The translations under genes and the position numbers were made by a program. From NCBI GenBank assembly GCA_040902005.1, contig JBBDYA010000120.1, positions 1-64,000 on the forward strand: a stretch of 64,000 nucleotides of DNA, given 5' to 3'. The notes below the pieces were generated by a model, which did not search any database, had not been told where the DNA came from, and saw only the letters and a program-made list of their open reading frames with translations. Shown piece by piece: positions 18,298 through 28,653 of this stretch (position 1 is the first letter of the stretch; each line of letters opens with the position of its first letter). This DNA comes from Gemmatimonadaceae bacterium (GTDB lineage Bacteria; Gemmatimonadota; Gemmatimonadetes; Gemmatimonadales; Gemmatimonadaceae).

Positions 18298-19733
18298 AGC
18301 GGCTTGCCCTCGGCGTCGTACACCTGGAGGGCGCCGAACTGCATCGCCTCGAGCTGCGCGCGGACGCTCTCGTCGTCTCCCACCACCACCATCTGCATCG
18401 CGGCCGGATGCAGGTGTTCGCGCGCGGCACGCAGCACGTCGTCCGTGGTCACGGCGCCCACGCGAGTCCGGTACGTGTCGTACACGTCGTCGGGCAGGTC
18501 GTATCGCACGAGCGTCGCGAGCGCGCGGGCGATCGCATCGGTCGTCTCATAGCGGATGGGAAACACACCCACCAGATAGCTGGTAGCGAGCGACAGCTCG
18601 TCGTCCGACACCGGCGCAGCGCGCATCCGGTCGATTTCCCTGAGTACCTCCACCGCCGCCGACGCGGTGACGTCGTTCTGCACCGCCGTAGAGACCACGA
18701 ATGGCCCCGCCTGGCGCCGCCACTCCATGTGCGAGAACGCGCCGTACGTATACCCGTGCACCTCGCGCAGGTTGAGGTTGATCCGCGAGGAAAAGAGCCC
18801 GCCCAGCACCGCGTTCATGACCACCGCGGCATGGTAGTCGGGATGTTTGCGCGGAAGCCCCACGTTGCCAATGCGCAGTTCCGATTGCGGGGCGTCGGGC
18901 TTGGAGACGATGTGCACGCCGCGCGTGGCACGCGCCGGCGCGTCGCTGATGCGGGGGGAGCGGGGCGCGTCACCCGACCAGTCGCCGAACGTGGCGCGCG
19001 CGATGTCCGCGGCGCGATCGACGGTGATGTCTCCGGCGATCACGAGGGTGACGCACTCGGGTCGGTACCGCGTCTCGTAGAACGCCCGCACATCGTCACT
19101 GGTGATGGACGCAACCGACTGCTCGGTGCCGGCCTGCGGTAGCGCGTACCTCGACGCCGGTTCGTAGAGAAAGCGCGAGAACATTTCGTCCGCCAGCCCG
19201 CGCGGCTCCGCCCGCAGCTGCAGCAACTCCGCCTGTCGCTCGGCCTGAAGTCGCCCGACTTCGCGGGGCGGGAACGCCGGCGTGCGCAGCACCTCGCCGA
19301 GCAGCGTGATCGCGGCGTCGAGGTGTTCGGTGAGCGCCGTGAGCGATACCGCGGCGCCATCCCAGTCCGTGGACGATTCCACCGACGCGCCCAGCCGCTC
19401 GAAACGCTCGACCAGTTCCACTCCGTCGCTGGTGAGCGTTCCTTCAAGCAGGAGATCGGCGGTCAGGCAGGCGATCCCCTCGCGCCCGACCGCGTCGCAC
19501 GAGGCGCCCGCGTCCACCAGGGCGATCACCGTGGCGATCGGCAGCTTCGGCACCGTCGCAACCACGAGCTGCAATCCGTTCTCCAGCCGGCGCCGATCGA
19601 AATGCGGAAAGTGGTACGGGCGGGGATCGAGCGGATCCGGACGGCGCACGCGCGTGGACGGCGCGCTGGCCGTCGGCGGTGCCGTTGTCGGCGGCGCGTT
19701 TACCGCGGCGGTCGCCTTCGCCCGCTTGCTCAC
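18294..19733 (-). CDS. M16 family peptidase, non-catalytic subunit
   Basis: LENGL, LGGLFSSRINLNLREVHGYTYG; no HxxEH. Confidence 0.88.
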   Translation of the reverse strand: MSKRAKATAAVNAPPTTAPPTASAPSTRVRRPDPLDPRPYHFPHFDRRRLENGLQLVVATVPKLPIATVIALVDAGASCDAVGREGIACLTADLLLEGTLTSDGVELVERFERLGASVESSTDWDGAAVSLTALTEHLDAAITLLGEVLRTPAFPPREVGRLQAERQAELLQLRAEPRGLADEMFSRFLYEPASRYALPQAGTEQSVASITSDDVRAFYETRYRPECVTLVIAGDITVDRAADIARATFGDWSGDAPRSPRISDAPARATRGVHIVSKPDAPQSELRIGNVGLPRKHPDYHAAVVMNAVLGGLFSSRINLNLREVHGYTYGAFSHMEWRRQAGPFVVSTAVQNDVTASAAVEVLREIDRMRAAPVSDDELSLATSYLVGVFPIRYETTDAIARALATLVRYDLPDDVYDTYRTRVGAVTTDDVLRAAREHLHPAAMQMVVVGDDESVRAQLEAMQFGALQVYDAEGKPL

Positions 19734-21040
19734 GCCACCTCCGACACGGCCGCCGCGCCGCGCGACGATCGGCGGATGGGACGCGGTACGTACAGCAGGC
19801 TGGCGCGGTTGTTCTCGCCCAGTCGTTCGCGGACGAATGCGTTCACACGATCGGCGGTCACGGCGCTGTAGCGGGCCACCTGCATGTTGATGAGCGACGG
19901 GTCGCCAAAGTAGGTCGCGAACATGGAGAGCCGGTCGGCACGTTCCCCCGCCGACTGGAGCGCGGCAACGTACTCCGTCTGAATGAGCCTCACCGCGCGC
20001 GCGACTTCGTCCGGCGTGACACCATTGGCATGCACGCGGTCGATCTCCCGCGCAAGCTCCTGCTCGAGTTCCTCGCCCGTCACGCTCGGTCGCCCGGTCA
20101 CGTCAACGACGAGCAGATCGCTGCCCTGGGTAAGGTCGTACGTGAAGGCCTGCGTCTCCGCGGCCACCTGGCGTTCGCGCACCAGCGACTTGTGCAACCG
20201 GCTGCCCTTCTTCATGCCCAGGATCGCGGCGCACACGCTCGCGGCGTAGAACTCCTCCGTACCGAACACCGGCGACAGGAACGCGAGAAAGACCCGGGGC
20301 AGCATGACGTTGTCCGGCACCACCTCGCGTTTCCACTCGCCGAACACGGGTGGCATCGCGGGGTTCGGTATCGGCGGACGCTCCTTCCCCGGCTGGATGC
20401 CGGCAAAGTACCGCTCGATCCAGCGCGTTGCCTGGGCGGGCTCGAAGTCCCCGCTCACGGTGAGCACCGCGTTGTCTGGCGTGTAATAGGTGGTGAAGAA
20501 GAGGGCGATGTCGTCGAGGCTCGCCGCGTCGAGATCGGCCATCGACCCGATCAGCGAATGATGGAAGGGATGCTCCGGCGGAAAACACAGCGCCGGCAGC
20601 TTCTCCCACCAGCTGCCATAGGGCTGGTTGTCCATGGACCAGCGACGCTCGTTTTTCACTACGTCGCGCTGCGTGTCCAGCTTCTGCTGGGTCATCGCCG
20701 GCAGCAGCTTTCCCATGCGATTGGCTTCCAGCCAGAGGACCAGCTCGAGCTGGTTGGACGGCACCGTCTCGAAGTAGTTGGTCCGCTCCAGCCAGGTGGA
20801 ACCGTTCAGCGTCCCACCGGCGCGCTGGATGAGCTCGAAGTGCTCGTTGGAGCCGACATCGGCGCTTCCCTGAAAGAGCATGTGCTCGAACAGGTGGGCA
20901 AAGCCGGTGCGTCCCGCCCGCTCATTGGCCGAGCCCACGTGGTACCAGAGATTTACCGCAACGATAGGCGCCGTGTCGTCTTCGGACAGCGTGACAAACA
21001 GGCCGTTCGGCAGCCGAAATGTGTCGATGGGAACGCTCAT
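19730..21040 (-). CDS. M16 family zinc peptidase, catalytic subunit
   Basis: WYHVGSANE, GFAHLFEHMLFQGS, NGSTWLERTNYFE. Confidence 0.93.
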   Translation of the reverse strand: MSVPIDTFRLPNGLFVTLSEDDTAPIVAVNLWYHVGSANERAGRTGFAHLFEHMLFQGSADVGSNEHFELIQRAGGTLNGSTWLERTNYFETVPSNQLELVLWLEANRMGKLLPAMTQQKLDTQRDVVKNERRWSMDNQPYGSWWEKLPALCFPPEHPFHHSLIGSMADLDAASLDDIALFFTTYYTPDNAVLTVSGDFEPAQATRWIERYFAGIQPGKERPPIPNPAMPPVFGEWKREVVPDNVMLPRVFLAFLSPVFGTEEFYAASVCAAILGMKKGSRLHKSLVRERQVAAETQAFTYDLTQGSDLLVVDVTGRPSVTGEELEQELAREIDRVHANGVTPDEVARAVRLIQTEYVAALQSAGERADRLSMFATYFGDPSLINMQVARYSAVTADRVNAFVRERLGENNRASLLYVPRPIRRSSRGAAAVSEVA

Positions 21041-21070
21041 GTGCCTCTAAATTGAACCGGCCAACGGGGA

Positions 21071-21976
21071 ATGGACAACGGACGACGAGGGTTGCGACGG
21101 GTGGCGACGTTTCTGGGAATCGCGGTGGCGACAGCGCTTGCCTGGGTGGTGATCACCACCCTCTGGCTCTGGCGCCACCAGGAGCGTGTGGTCTTTCAGC
21201 CCCCGGGCCACGCGGCCGCCGCACCCACGTTCGCCCGGCGGCTGGAGTTCACCGCCACGGACGGTCACCCGCTGTATGGGTATCTCCTGTCGCCGAGACG
21301 GCCGGGGCCGAACGCCGCCACGCTGGTCATCGCGTTTCATGGCAATGCGGACCTGGCCGCCTGGATGGTACCGTGGGCCGGTGAGCTCGCGGAGCGGGCA
21401 GGCGTGCGCGTGTTCGTGCCGGAGTATCGCGGCTACGGTGGAATCGACGGCACTCCGTCGTACCTCACGGCGGCATCCGACGCCGCGGGCGCCGTGGCGT
21501 TCGCGAGCCGGACGATGACTCCGGATCGGGTCGTGCTGTTCGGGCACTCGCTGGGGAGCGCGCTGGCGTCCGACGTGGCGGCCGGCATGCCGGCGCCTCC
21601 CGCGTCGCTCGTGTTGCAGTCGCCGTTCACGTCGGCGCGCGAAATGGCGTTCCGCATGCTGGTGCCGCCGATCCCGTGGCTCTGGCGGAAGATTTCGCGC
21701 GTGCACTACGACACGCGCGCCATCGTGGCGTCGCTGAGCGTTTCCGTCTGGGTATCGCATGGAGCGCGCGACGTGGTGATTCCGGCGCGCATGGGTCGCC
21801 AGGTCTTCCTCGCGGCACGCCAGCGTGGCGAGTTGCTGGTGGTGGAAGGGGCCGGCCACAACGACGTCGCCGACCTGGGAGGCGAGCGCTACTGGCGCTG
21901 GCTCACCAGCGCGGTGTCACCGCCGGTCGGTGAACTCGAAGAAGAACGCGACGGGCGCCTTCCACGACTCATGTAG
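21071..21976 (+). CDS. Alpha/beta hydrolase with N-terminal membrane anchor
   Basis: FHGNA, EYRGYG, GHSLG, HGARD, AGHND. Confidence 0.88.
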   Translation: MDNGRRGLRRVATFLGIAVATALAWVVITTLWLWRHQERVVFQPPGHAAAAPTFARRLEFTATDGHPLYGYLLSPRRPGPNAATLVIAFHGNADLAAWMVPWAGELAERAGVRVFVPEYRGYGGIDGTPSYLTAASDAAGAVAFASRTMTPDRVVLFGHSLGSALASDVAAGMPAPPASLVLQSPFTSAREMAFRMLVPPIPWLWRKISRVHYDTRAIVASLSVSVWVSHGARDVVIPARMGRQVFLAARQRGELLVVEGAGHNDVADLGGERYWRWLTSAVSPPVGELEEERDGRLPRLM

Positions 21977-22552
21977 CGTATAGCGCCAGGACTCGCTCCG
22001 GTTCGCCGAGATCGGACTTGTCGGCGTAGGGGACGTCTGCGGACGCAGGCCAAAGCGGCGCGCGACGATCGACAGCCGCAGCATGTGGAACGGGTCGCTG
22101 ACGAGGATCACCTCGCGGGCATCGTGGGCGAGCATCCCGGCCACATTGCGAAGCGATTCACTCGTGGAGCGGCTCTCGGTCTCCACGCGGATCGCGTCAC
22201 TGGGCACGCCGAGCGACATGGCGTAGCGTCGCTCGACCGCCGCTTCGGTCGTGGTATCTCCCTGCCCCTTGCCGCCGGTCATGATGAGCGTAGGGGCCAA
22301 CCCGCGCCGCCAGAGCGTGATCGCATGATCCACCCGGGCGCGAAGCACCGGCGACGGCTTGCCGTCCCACTGCGCGGCGCCAAGCACGACGATCGCGTCC
22401 GCCGTGCGACGCACGTCGCGCGTCTGCCACAGGAGCACCATGCCGAGCGAGAAGGCCCACAGCGCCACCAGCGACAGGATGACCGCGCGCACGAACCGCC
22501 ACCCCACGTGTGGGGTTCGACCCCGGTTGGATGTCATCGACCCATTCGACAC
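21917..22552 (-). CDS. YdcF/ElyC/SanA (DUF218) family protein
   Basis: ADAIVVLGA, TGG, ETESRSTSE, VSDPFHMLR. Confidence 0.85.
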   Translation of the reverse strand: MSNGSMTSNRGRTPHVGWRFVRAVILSLVALWAFSLGMVLLWQTRDVRRTADAIVVLGAAQWDGKPSPVLRARVDHAITLWRRGLAPTLIMTGGKGQGDTTTEAAVERRYAMSLGVPSDAIRVETESRSTSESLRNVAGMLAHDAREVILVSDPFHMLRLSIVARRFGLRPQTSPTPTSPISANRSESWRYTLHESWKAPVAFFFEFTDRR

Positions 22553-22562
22553 GGCGTGGCAG

Positions 22563-23153
22563 CTACCCGGCCAGGGTAAGGAGTCCCAGCCACAGGACGT
22601 CGAACGCCGGCCGCGGGTCCCGGTCCGGCGCGAGCGCGTGCCCCGCCGCGAGTCCGTCGATGAACGCGACCGTTGTTTGCGCGACGAGACCGGCGGGCAC
22701 GCGCGGAGTGAGCCCCAGGCGGCCGAACACCAGCGACACGTGCTCTTCCGCGACCGACAGGCGCTCGCGCGACGCCCGCCGGCAGGCGTCGCGGACGCGC
22801 GCGCTGTCGTACTCGCCCAGGGCGAGCAGGATGTTCACGTCGCCGCGGGCGAGTTCCTCGCGCAGCCAGGTCCAGTATGCGTCCAGGGCGTGCGGGGCGG
22901 CGTCCGACTCCCGCGCCATCGCATCGCGCTCCCGCTTGATGACGTCGCGTCCCGCGCGGTCTGCCAGCTCGCGGAGCAGGGACTCCTTGTCGTGAAAGTG
23001 GTAGTGCACGAGCGCCTTGCTCACACCCGCGCTCGCGGCAACGTCACCCATGCTGATGCCCGCGGCACCACCGCGCGCCACCAGGCCGCGCGCCGCGTCG
23101 AGAATACGACGCACGGCCGGAACCTTCGCGTCGGCGACGGGCGCGGCGGTCAC
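22563..23153 (-). CDS. TetR/AcrR family transcriptional regulator
   Basis: RILDAA...DVAASAGVSKALVHYHFHDKESL. Confidence 0.9.
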   Translation of the reverse strand: MTAAPVADAKVPAVRRILDAARGLVARGGAAGISMGDVAASAGVSKALVHYHFHDKESLLRELADRAGRDVIKRERDAMARESDAAPHALDAYWTWLREELARGDVNILLALGEYDSARVRDACRRASRERLSVAEEHVSLVFGRLGLTPRVPAGLVAQTTVAFIDGLAAGHALAPDRDPRPAFDVLWLGLLTLAG

Positions 23154-24535
23154 AGCGCGGCCCGGTCGCCGAGGGCGGGGATGTGGACGTCGTATCCACG
23201 CCCCCGGAGCCGGACCGCGAAGGATTCCTGCGCGGCATGCTCACCGTGCACCAGCCACACCGGCGGCGCGGGAGTCCGCGCGCCGCGCACGGCATCCAGC
23301 CACTTCGTGAGCTCGCCGCGATCGCCGTGCGCGCTGTAGCCGTTCAGCACCTCGACCCGCGCGCGCAGCGGCACCTCGTCACCGAGGATGCGCAGCGTCT
23401 CGCGCCGCTCCACGATGCGGCGTCCAAGCGTGTGCTCCGCCATGAATCCCACGACGAGCACGGTGTTGCGCTGGTCCGGCGCGCCGTGCTTCAGGTGGTG
23501 CGTGATCCGCCCCGCCTCCGCCATCCCGGACGCGGCGATGATGATCATCGGACCGCGCTGCGTGTTCAGCGCTCTCGACTCCGAGACGTCGCGCGTGTAG
23601 TGCAGTTGGTCAAACCGGAAGAGGTCCTGCACCGTGCGCACCATGGCCTCGCCCTGGTCGAACACGTCGGGGTGCATGGCGAAGATGCCGGTTGCTTCGG
23701 TGGCGAGCGGGCTGTCGATGTAGATCGGGATCGCCGGGATGCGCTTCTCGCGCGCGAGCGCGTGCAGGTCATACAGGATTTCCTGCGTGCGTCCCACGGC
23801 GAACGCCGGAATGAGCACGCGCCCGCCGCGCGCCGCGGTCTCCTTGACGATCGCCGCCAGCCGCCCACGCATGTCCTCGACCGGCGGGTGATCGCGGTCG
23901 CCGTACGTGGACTCCATGATCACCGCGTCCACCGGACCGGCTGGCGGCTGCGGATCGCGGATGATCGGCAGGCCCCACCGGCCGATGTCGCCGGAAAATA
24001 CGAGCCGGCGCGACACGCCGTTTTCCGTGCAGTCGAGTATCACCGACGCGGAACCGAGGATGTGTCCTGCGTCCACGAACGTGGCTTTCACGCCGGGCAC
24101 CACCTGGAATTCGCGGCCGTACGGCTGCCCGACCATCTGGCGCATGAAGGGCCCGATGTCGGCCGTCGTGTACAGCGGCTCGGCCACGGGGCGCCCGTGG
24201 CGACGCAGGAACTCCACGTCCCGCTCCTGGATGTGCGCCGAGTCCGCGAGCATGATCGCGCACAGGTCGCGCGTGGCCGCAGTGGAGAAGATGGTGCCCG
24301 TGAAACCTTCGCGCGTGAGAAAGGGCAGCCGGCCGGCGTGATCGATGTGCGCGTGCGACAGGACCACCGCGCTCAGCCGATCCGGGGGAAAGGGAATCCG
24401 GACGTTCTTCTCGCGTGACTCGTTGCGTTTCCCCTGGAACATGCCGCAGTCCAGGGCCACGGTGTGCTCGCCGACCGTGAGCAGGTGGCAGGAGCCCGTG
24501 ACTTCGCGCGCTGCGCCCAGAAACGTGACGTGCAC
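23150..24535 (-). CDS. Metallo-beta-lactamase / beta-CASP ribonuclease
   Basis: [48 protein letters not shown]. Confidence 0.92.
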   Translation of the reverse strand: MHVTFLGAAREVTGSCHLLTVGEHTVALDCGMFQGKRNESREKNVRIPFPPDRLSAVVLSHAHIDHAGRLPFLTREGFTGTIFSTAATRDLCAIMLADSAHIQERDVEFLRRHGRPVAEPLYTTADIGPFMRQMVGQPYGREFQVVPGVKATFVDAGHILGSASVILDCTENGVSRRLVFSGDIGRWGLPIIRDPQPPAGPVDAVIMESTYGDRDHPPVEDMRGRLAAIVKETAARGGRVLIPAFAVGRTQEILYDLHALAREKRIPAIPIYIDSPLATEATGIFAMHPDVFDQGEAMVRTVQDLFRFDQLHYTRDVSESRALNTQRGPMIIIAASGMAEAGRITHHLKHGAPDQRNTVLVVGFMAEHTLGRRIVERRETLRILGDEVPLRARVEVLNGYSAHGDRGELTKWLDAVRGARTPAPPVWLVHGEHAAQESFAVRLRGRGYDVHIPALGDRAAL

Positions 24536-24561
24536 CCGGTGAACCTAGTAGCTTCTCGCGC

Positions 24562-25209
24562 ATGGACACCAGCCAGCAGTTTCCCACGCTCCGGGTGATC
24601 TCGCACCCGCTGGTGCAGCACAAGCTCACGATCCTGCGCGATCGCGACACGCCGACCAAGATCTTCAAGGAGCTGGTCGAGGAGATCGCGATGCTCATGG
24701 CGTACGAGGCCACCGGCGACGTGGAGCTGGTTGACGCACGCGTCGAAACGCCGCTGGAGTCCACGGTGGGCCGACGCATCACCGGAAAGAAGTTGACCCT
24801 GGTGCCGATCCTGCGCGCCGGACTCGGCATGGTGGAGGGGATCTACCGCCTGGTCCCCAACGCGCGCATCGGACACATCGGCCTGTACCGCGACCACGAC
24901 ACGCTCGAGCCGGTGGACTACTACTTCAAGGTGCCGGCGGACGCACCCGAGCGGGACTTCTTCGTGCTGGACCCCATGCTCGCAACGGGCGGCAGCGCGG
25001 CAGCCGCGGTGACGTCACTCAAGCGCGCGGGAGCGACCCGGATTCGTCTGCTGTGTCTGGTTGCGGCGCCGGAAGGGGTGAAGCGACTGGCGGCGGCACA
25101 TCCCGACGTGCTGGTGTTCTGCGCGGCGCTGGATCGGGAGCTGAACGCGCAGGGATACATCCTGCCGGGACTTGGAGACGCCGGGGACCGGCTGTTCGGA
25201 ACCCGCTAG
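24562..25209 (+). CDS. upp: Uracil phosphoribosyltransferase
   Basis: [35 protein letters not shown]. Confidence 0.97.
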   Translation: MDTSQQFPTLRVISHPLVQHKLTILRDRDTPTKIFKELVEEIAMLMAYEATGDVELVDARVETPLESTVGRRITGKKLTLVPILRAGLGMVEGIYRLVPNARIGHIGLYRDHDTLEPVDYYFKVPADAPERDFFVLDPMLATGGSAAAAVTSLKRAGATRIRLLCLVAAPEGVKRLAAAHPDVLVFCAALDRELNAQGYILPGLGDAGDRLFGTR

Positions 25210-25217
25210 GGATCAAG

Positions 25218-25254
25218 CGCGGATGGTCGCAGATGACCGCGGATAGGCGCGGAT
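25218..25254. repeat. Short array of four CGCGGAT-type units (reverse complement of ATCCGCG), 10-bp period
   Basis: CGCGGAT 25218, CGCAGAT 25228, CGCGGAT 25238 and 25248. Confidence 0.7.
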
Positions 25255-25383
25255 AGGCGCGACACGACAAGTCGTTGCTGAGCCACCGTTTCTCGGTGCC
25301 GCTTGTCCGACTGATCCCGTGTCGTTCATCCCCCTGATCGCGAACAAAGTGAAATTGTTCCGCGCGAGCGAACGAGATGGACG

Positions 25384-25497
25384 GGAAGCAGGCGAGTCCA
25401 GGTCACCATAGCGCGGGCTGTGTCAATGCTGGCCAAGTGAGGTTCTTGCCAGCATTGAGCACAGTCGCGCGGAGGGGACCTGGACTCGCCTGCTTCC
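25384..25497 (+). repeat. Long-hairpin dispersed repeat, copy 3
   Basis: Perfect 21-bp outer stem (25384-25404/25477-25497) enclosing the conserved core. Confidence 0.9.
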
Positions 25498-25509
25498 TGC
25501 CCGAGAGCG

Positions 25510-26163
25510 TTACCCGAACCACTCGCGCGGACAATCGCGCTGCTGCCGCGCCGCATCCACCACCCACTGCTGCGTTGCCGGATCCGTCAGCTCGCCAGCC
25601 ACCGTGTTGAACCAGCCGGTGGACTTGCCGAGATCACCCGCGCGGCGCCACAACTCCCCCACCAGATAGGTGAGGACCGCCCGCTCTTCGCGCGGCACGC
25701 CATCGAACGACTCCAGCGCCTCCTCGAACTTCCATGCCGCCTTGCGACGGAAGAACCGCTCGGCTTCCACGTCACCCTCGTCCACACAGCACCACGCGGC
25801 GCGCAGCAGCAGGTCCGCCACGTGACGCGCCTCCATGCCCTGCCATTCCGCCACTTTGGCTGCCGCTTCGTACTTTTCCGATCCCAGCGCGCTGCCCGCG
25901 ATGATCGCCGGGGCGAGCTCATTCCACACGTGCTCCTTGAGCACGGGCGACACGTCCGACTCCTCCGTGAAATCGCGCTCCGACCCCGAAAAGCCGCAAC
26001 GGTTGCACATGTGGATCAGATAGGGCAGCGGCTGCGTTCCGGCCGCGCGCTCGTGAAAGTCCGTCCGCTTACCCCCGAACGAGTTCGTGGACACGACGGC
26101 CTGCGATCGGAATGCCGTGTCGCAAATGGGACAGCGAAGCTCGATTTGCTGAAGCGTGGTCAT
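25510..26163 (-). CDS. DUF2225-like zinc-ribbon/TPR protein
   Basis: CPIC...CNRCGF, LRAAW, YLVGELWRRAG; GGAGG upstream of ATG 26163. Confidence 0.75.
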   Translation of the reverse strand: MTTLQQIELRCPICDTAFRSQAVVSTNSFGGKRTDFHERAAGTQPLPYLIHMCNRCGFSGSERDFTEESDVSPVLKEHVWNELAPAIIAGSALGSEKYEAAAKVAEWQGMEARHVADLLLRAAWCCVDEGDVEAERFFRRKAAWKFEEALESFDGVPREERAVLTYLVGELWRRAGDLGKSTGWFNTVAGELTDPATQQWVVDAARQQRDCPREWFG

Positions 26164-26328
26164 CGCCAACACCCTCCGTTACCCGCCCTTCGTTTGCGAG
26201 GGAAGGGAAAAAGCGTGCCAGTCACCGGCGGCAAACGCGCTCTTGTTGGAACGGTCGCGTCATCACTATCATTCGCGCGCCTCACCCCGAGTTCCTTCCT
26301 TCCCCATAGCGACGGATCGGTCGATCGA

Positions 26329-27267
26329 ATGCTGATCAACCTGCTGCCGGATTTCTTCGCAATTCTCGACAGCACGGACCGAAACGCCGCATATCGCAGC
26401 TACTTCGAGCGCCACCGCCGGTTACTCCAGTCGTACTGGCACAACTACGTCATCGACCCCGACAGTCCGCACTTCGCGGACGTCGTCCGGTCCACGGTGG
26501 CGGCCGACCGGGGGGACCTCCGGGCGATGCTGGAGCGCACCGACGTGGTGACGCTCGCCCGCGAGACCGAGACGCAGTGCCGGGCGCTGCTCGCCACCGA
26601 CGCGGATTTCGACGTGGTGCTGATGGTGGGCGTGGGTGCCGCGAACGCGGGCGAGCTGGTGGTGCGCGCCCGGGGCATCGCCTTCGTGTGCCTCGAGCAT
26701 TTCACCGGCGTCGCGAACCCGGATACCCAGGGACTCGGGCTGGATCCGGAGCTGCTTCCCCTCTGGCTCGCGCACGAGATCGCGCACGTGGTGCGCTACA
26801 CGTCATCGGAAAGCCGCAGCGACCTCCGGCAGATCATCACTGGCGGCGACGGTGAGTACAGCTACTGGGACACCGGCCGGCGCGCCACGCTGCGCGAGCT
26901 GCTGATCAACGAGGGATTGGCAGTGCACGCGTCGCAGCAGATCAGCCCCGGACACGCGGCGTGGGAGTATTTCGGCTACGCGCGCCGTCAGTACGCGAGG
27001 CTGCGCGAACTGGAGAGCGTGTTGAGCCGCGTGATGCAGTCCGACCTGGATCGAAGCGGGCTGGGCCTGCGGCTCAAGTACCTGTCGGGCGGCATGAGTG
27101 ACGAGGCGCGCACGGTGGACAAGTACGTGATGCCGGAACGTGCCGGTTACTTTCTTGGCGCTCGCATGGTGGAGCCCGCTGTCCGCGCGAAGGGGCTGGC
27201 CTGGGCGGTTCGGGCCGGTGCTGACGAGCTGGCACAGCTCGCCAGGGAGGCAGCAGCCACCGCCTGA
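26329..27267 (+). CDS. Putative zinc metallopeptidase (DUF2268-like)
   Basis: LAHEIAH (HExxH), NEGLA, AGYFLG; start at ATG 26329 is inferred. Confidence 0.65.
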   Translation: MLINLLPDFFAILDSTDRNAAYRSYFERHRRLLQSYWHNYVIDPDSPHFADVVRSTVAADRGDLRAMLERTDVVTLARETETQCRALLATDADFDVVLMVGVGAANAGELVVRARGIAFVCLEHFTGVANPDTQGLGLDPELLPLWLAHEIAHVVRYTSSESRSDLRQIITGGDGEYSYWDTGRRATLRELLINEGLAVHASQQISPGHAAWEYFGYARRQYARLRELESVLSRVMQSDLDRSGLGLRLKYLSGGMSDEARTVDKYVMPERAGYFLGARMVEPAVRAKGLAWAVRAGADELAQLAREAAATA

Positions 27268-27294
27268 CCTGGTCGATGGGGACGCAACCGAACT

Positions 27295-28653
27295 CTACTT
27301 CCCGACGCAGAAGGTGCGGAACACCCGATCGAGCACTTCTTCCACGTCGATCGTTCCGATCATCTCCTCGAGTTCCCGGGCCGCCTCCCGCAGGTGCACG
27401 GCCGAAACGACCGCCGGCACCGACCGCTCCTGCCACGCCTGACGAAACTGCCGTAGCTCCTCGCGCGCGCGTTCGAGCGCGTAGCGCTGCCGCTCACGCG
27501 TAACCAGAGGCGCGTCCAGCGCGAGCGCGCCTTTCGCGTTCGCGAGCGTTTCGGCGATCCGCCGCGCAAGCGCGTCGAGCCCATCTGCAGATGCCGCGCT
27601 CACCCAGATCGTTCCGTCCGCCGGCCGCGTTGCGCCGTTCACCTCGAGGTCCGCCTTCGTACGCACCTCCACCACGGGCGCTGCCGTCACGGTGCGCACG
27701 GCATCGCGGGCGTCGCGGAGCGACGACGCGGAGTCGCCGCACACCAGTACGACGTCCGCGCGCTCCGCGTACTCGCGGCTCATCTCGATCCCCATGCGCT
27801 CGACGACCTCCGACGTTTCGCGCAGTCCGGCGGTGTCCACCAGGCGGATGGGCCAGCCGTCAGCCTCCGTCACGGCCTCGAGCGCGTCACGGGTGGTTCC
27901 CGGAACGTCCGTGACGATCGCGCGGCGGCGGCCGAGGAGCGCGTTGAAGAGCGACGATTTGCCGACGTTCGGCGCGCCCGCGATGACCACGACCGCGCCC
28001 GCGCGAACGACTTCCCCGACCGGCGCGGTGGCCAGCAGGGCCTCCACATCCGCGAGCGTCGACTCGGCGGCGTCGAGGATGCGCGCGGCGGGAATGGGAC
28101 CGTCGTCTTCCTCGGGAAAATCGATGTCGTAGGCGCACAGCGCCTCGAGATGGATCACGCGGTCGCGCAGCGCGACGATGCGTCGCGACAGGCCCCCGTC
28201 GAGCTGGGAGAGCGCCGCGCGCTGCGCGGGACGCGTCGCCGCGTCGACCAGGTCGCCGATCGCCTCGGCCTGGATGAGGTCCAGCTTGCCGTTCAACACG
28301 GCGCGCCGCGTGAACTCGCCCGGCTCAGCCGGGCGGGCACCGCGCGACGCGAACGACGCGGCGATGGACGCGGGGGTCACCGCGCCGCCGTGGCAGGTGA
28401 CCTCCACCACGTCCTCGCCGGTGAACGACGCCGGCCCCTGCTGGTACACGACGATCGCCTCGTCGGCGACGCGCCCCTCCGCGTCGAGTACGCGCGCCAG
28501 CGTCGCCCGGCGCGGCGCGGCGGGAAAGGGCTCGATCATGCGGCGCCCGATGTCCAGCGCGCGCGGCCCCGACACGCGGATGACCGCGAGCGCGCCGCGA
28601 CCGGGCGCGGTGGCGATGGCGACGATCGTGTCGTCTTCGGTGGCTCGGCTCAC
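27295..28653 (-). CDS. mnmE: tRNA modification GTPase MnmE
   Basis: DTIVAIATAPG, SFTGED, GEFTRRAVLNGK, GAPNVGKSS, GTTRD, DTAG, FCVGK. Confidence 0.97.
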   Translation of the reverse strand: MSRATEDDTIVAIATAPGRGALAVIRVSGPRALDIGRRMIEPFPAAPRRATLARVLDAEGRVADEAIVVYQQGPASFTGEDVVEVTCHGGAVTPASIAASFASRGARPAEPGEFTRRAVLNGKLDLIQAEAIGDLVDAATRPAQRAALSQLDGGLSRRIVALRDRVIHLEALCAYDIDFPEEDDGPIPAARILDAAESTLADVEALLATAPVGEVVRAGAVVVIAGAPNVGKSSLFNALLGRRRAIVTDVPGTTRDALEAVTEADGWPIRLVDTAGLRETSEVVERMGIEMSREYAERADVVLVCGDSASSLRDARDAVRTVTAAPVVEVRTKADLEVNGATRPADGTIWVSAASADGLDALARRIAETLANAKGALALDAPLVTRERQRYALERAREELRQFRQAWQERSVPAVVSAVHLREAARELEEMIGTIDVEEVLDRVFRTFCVGK

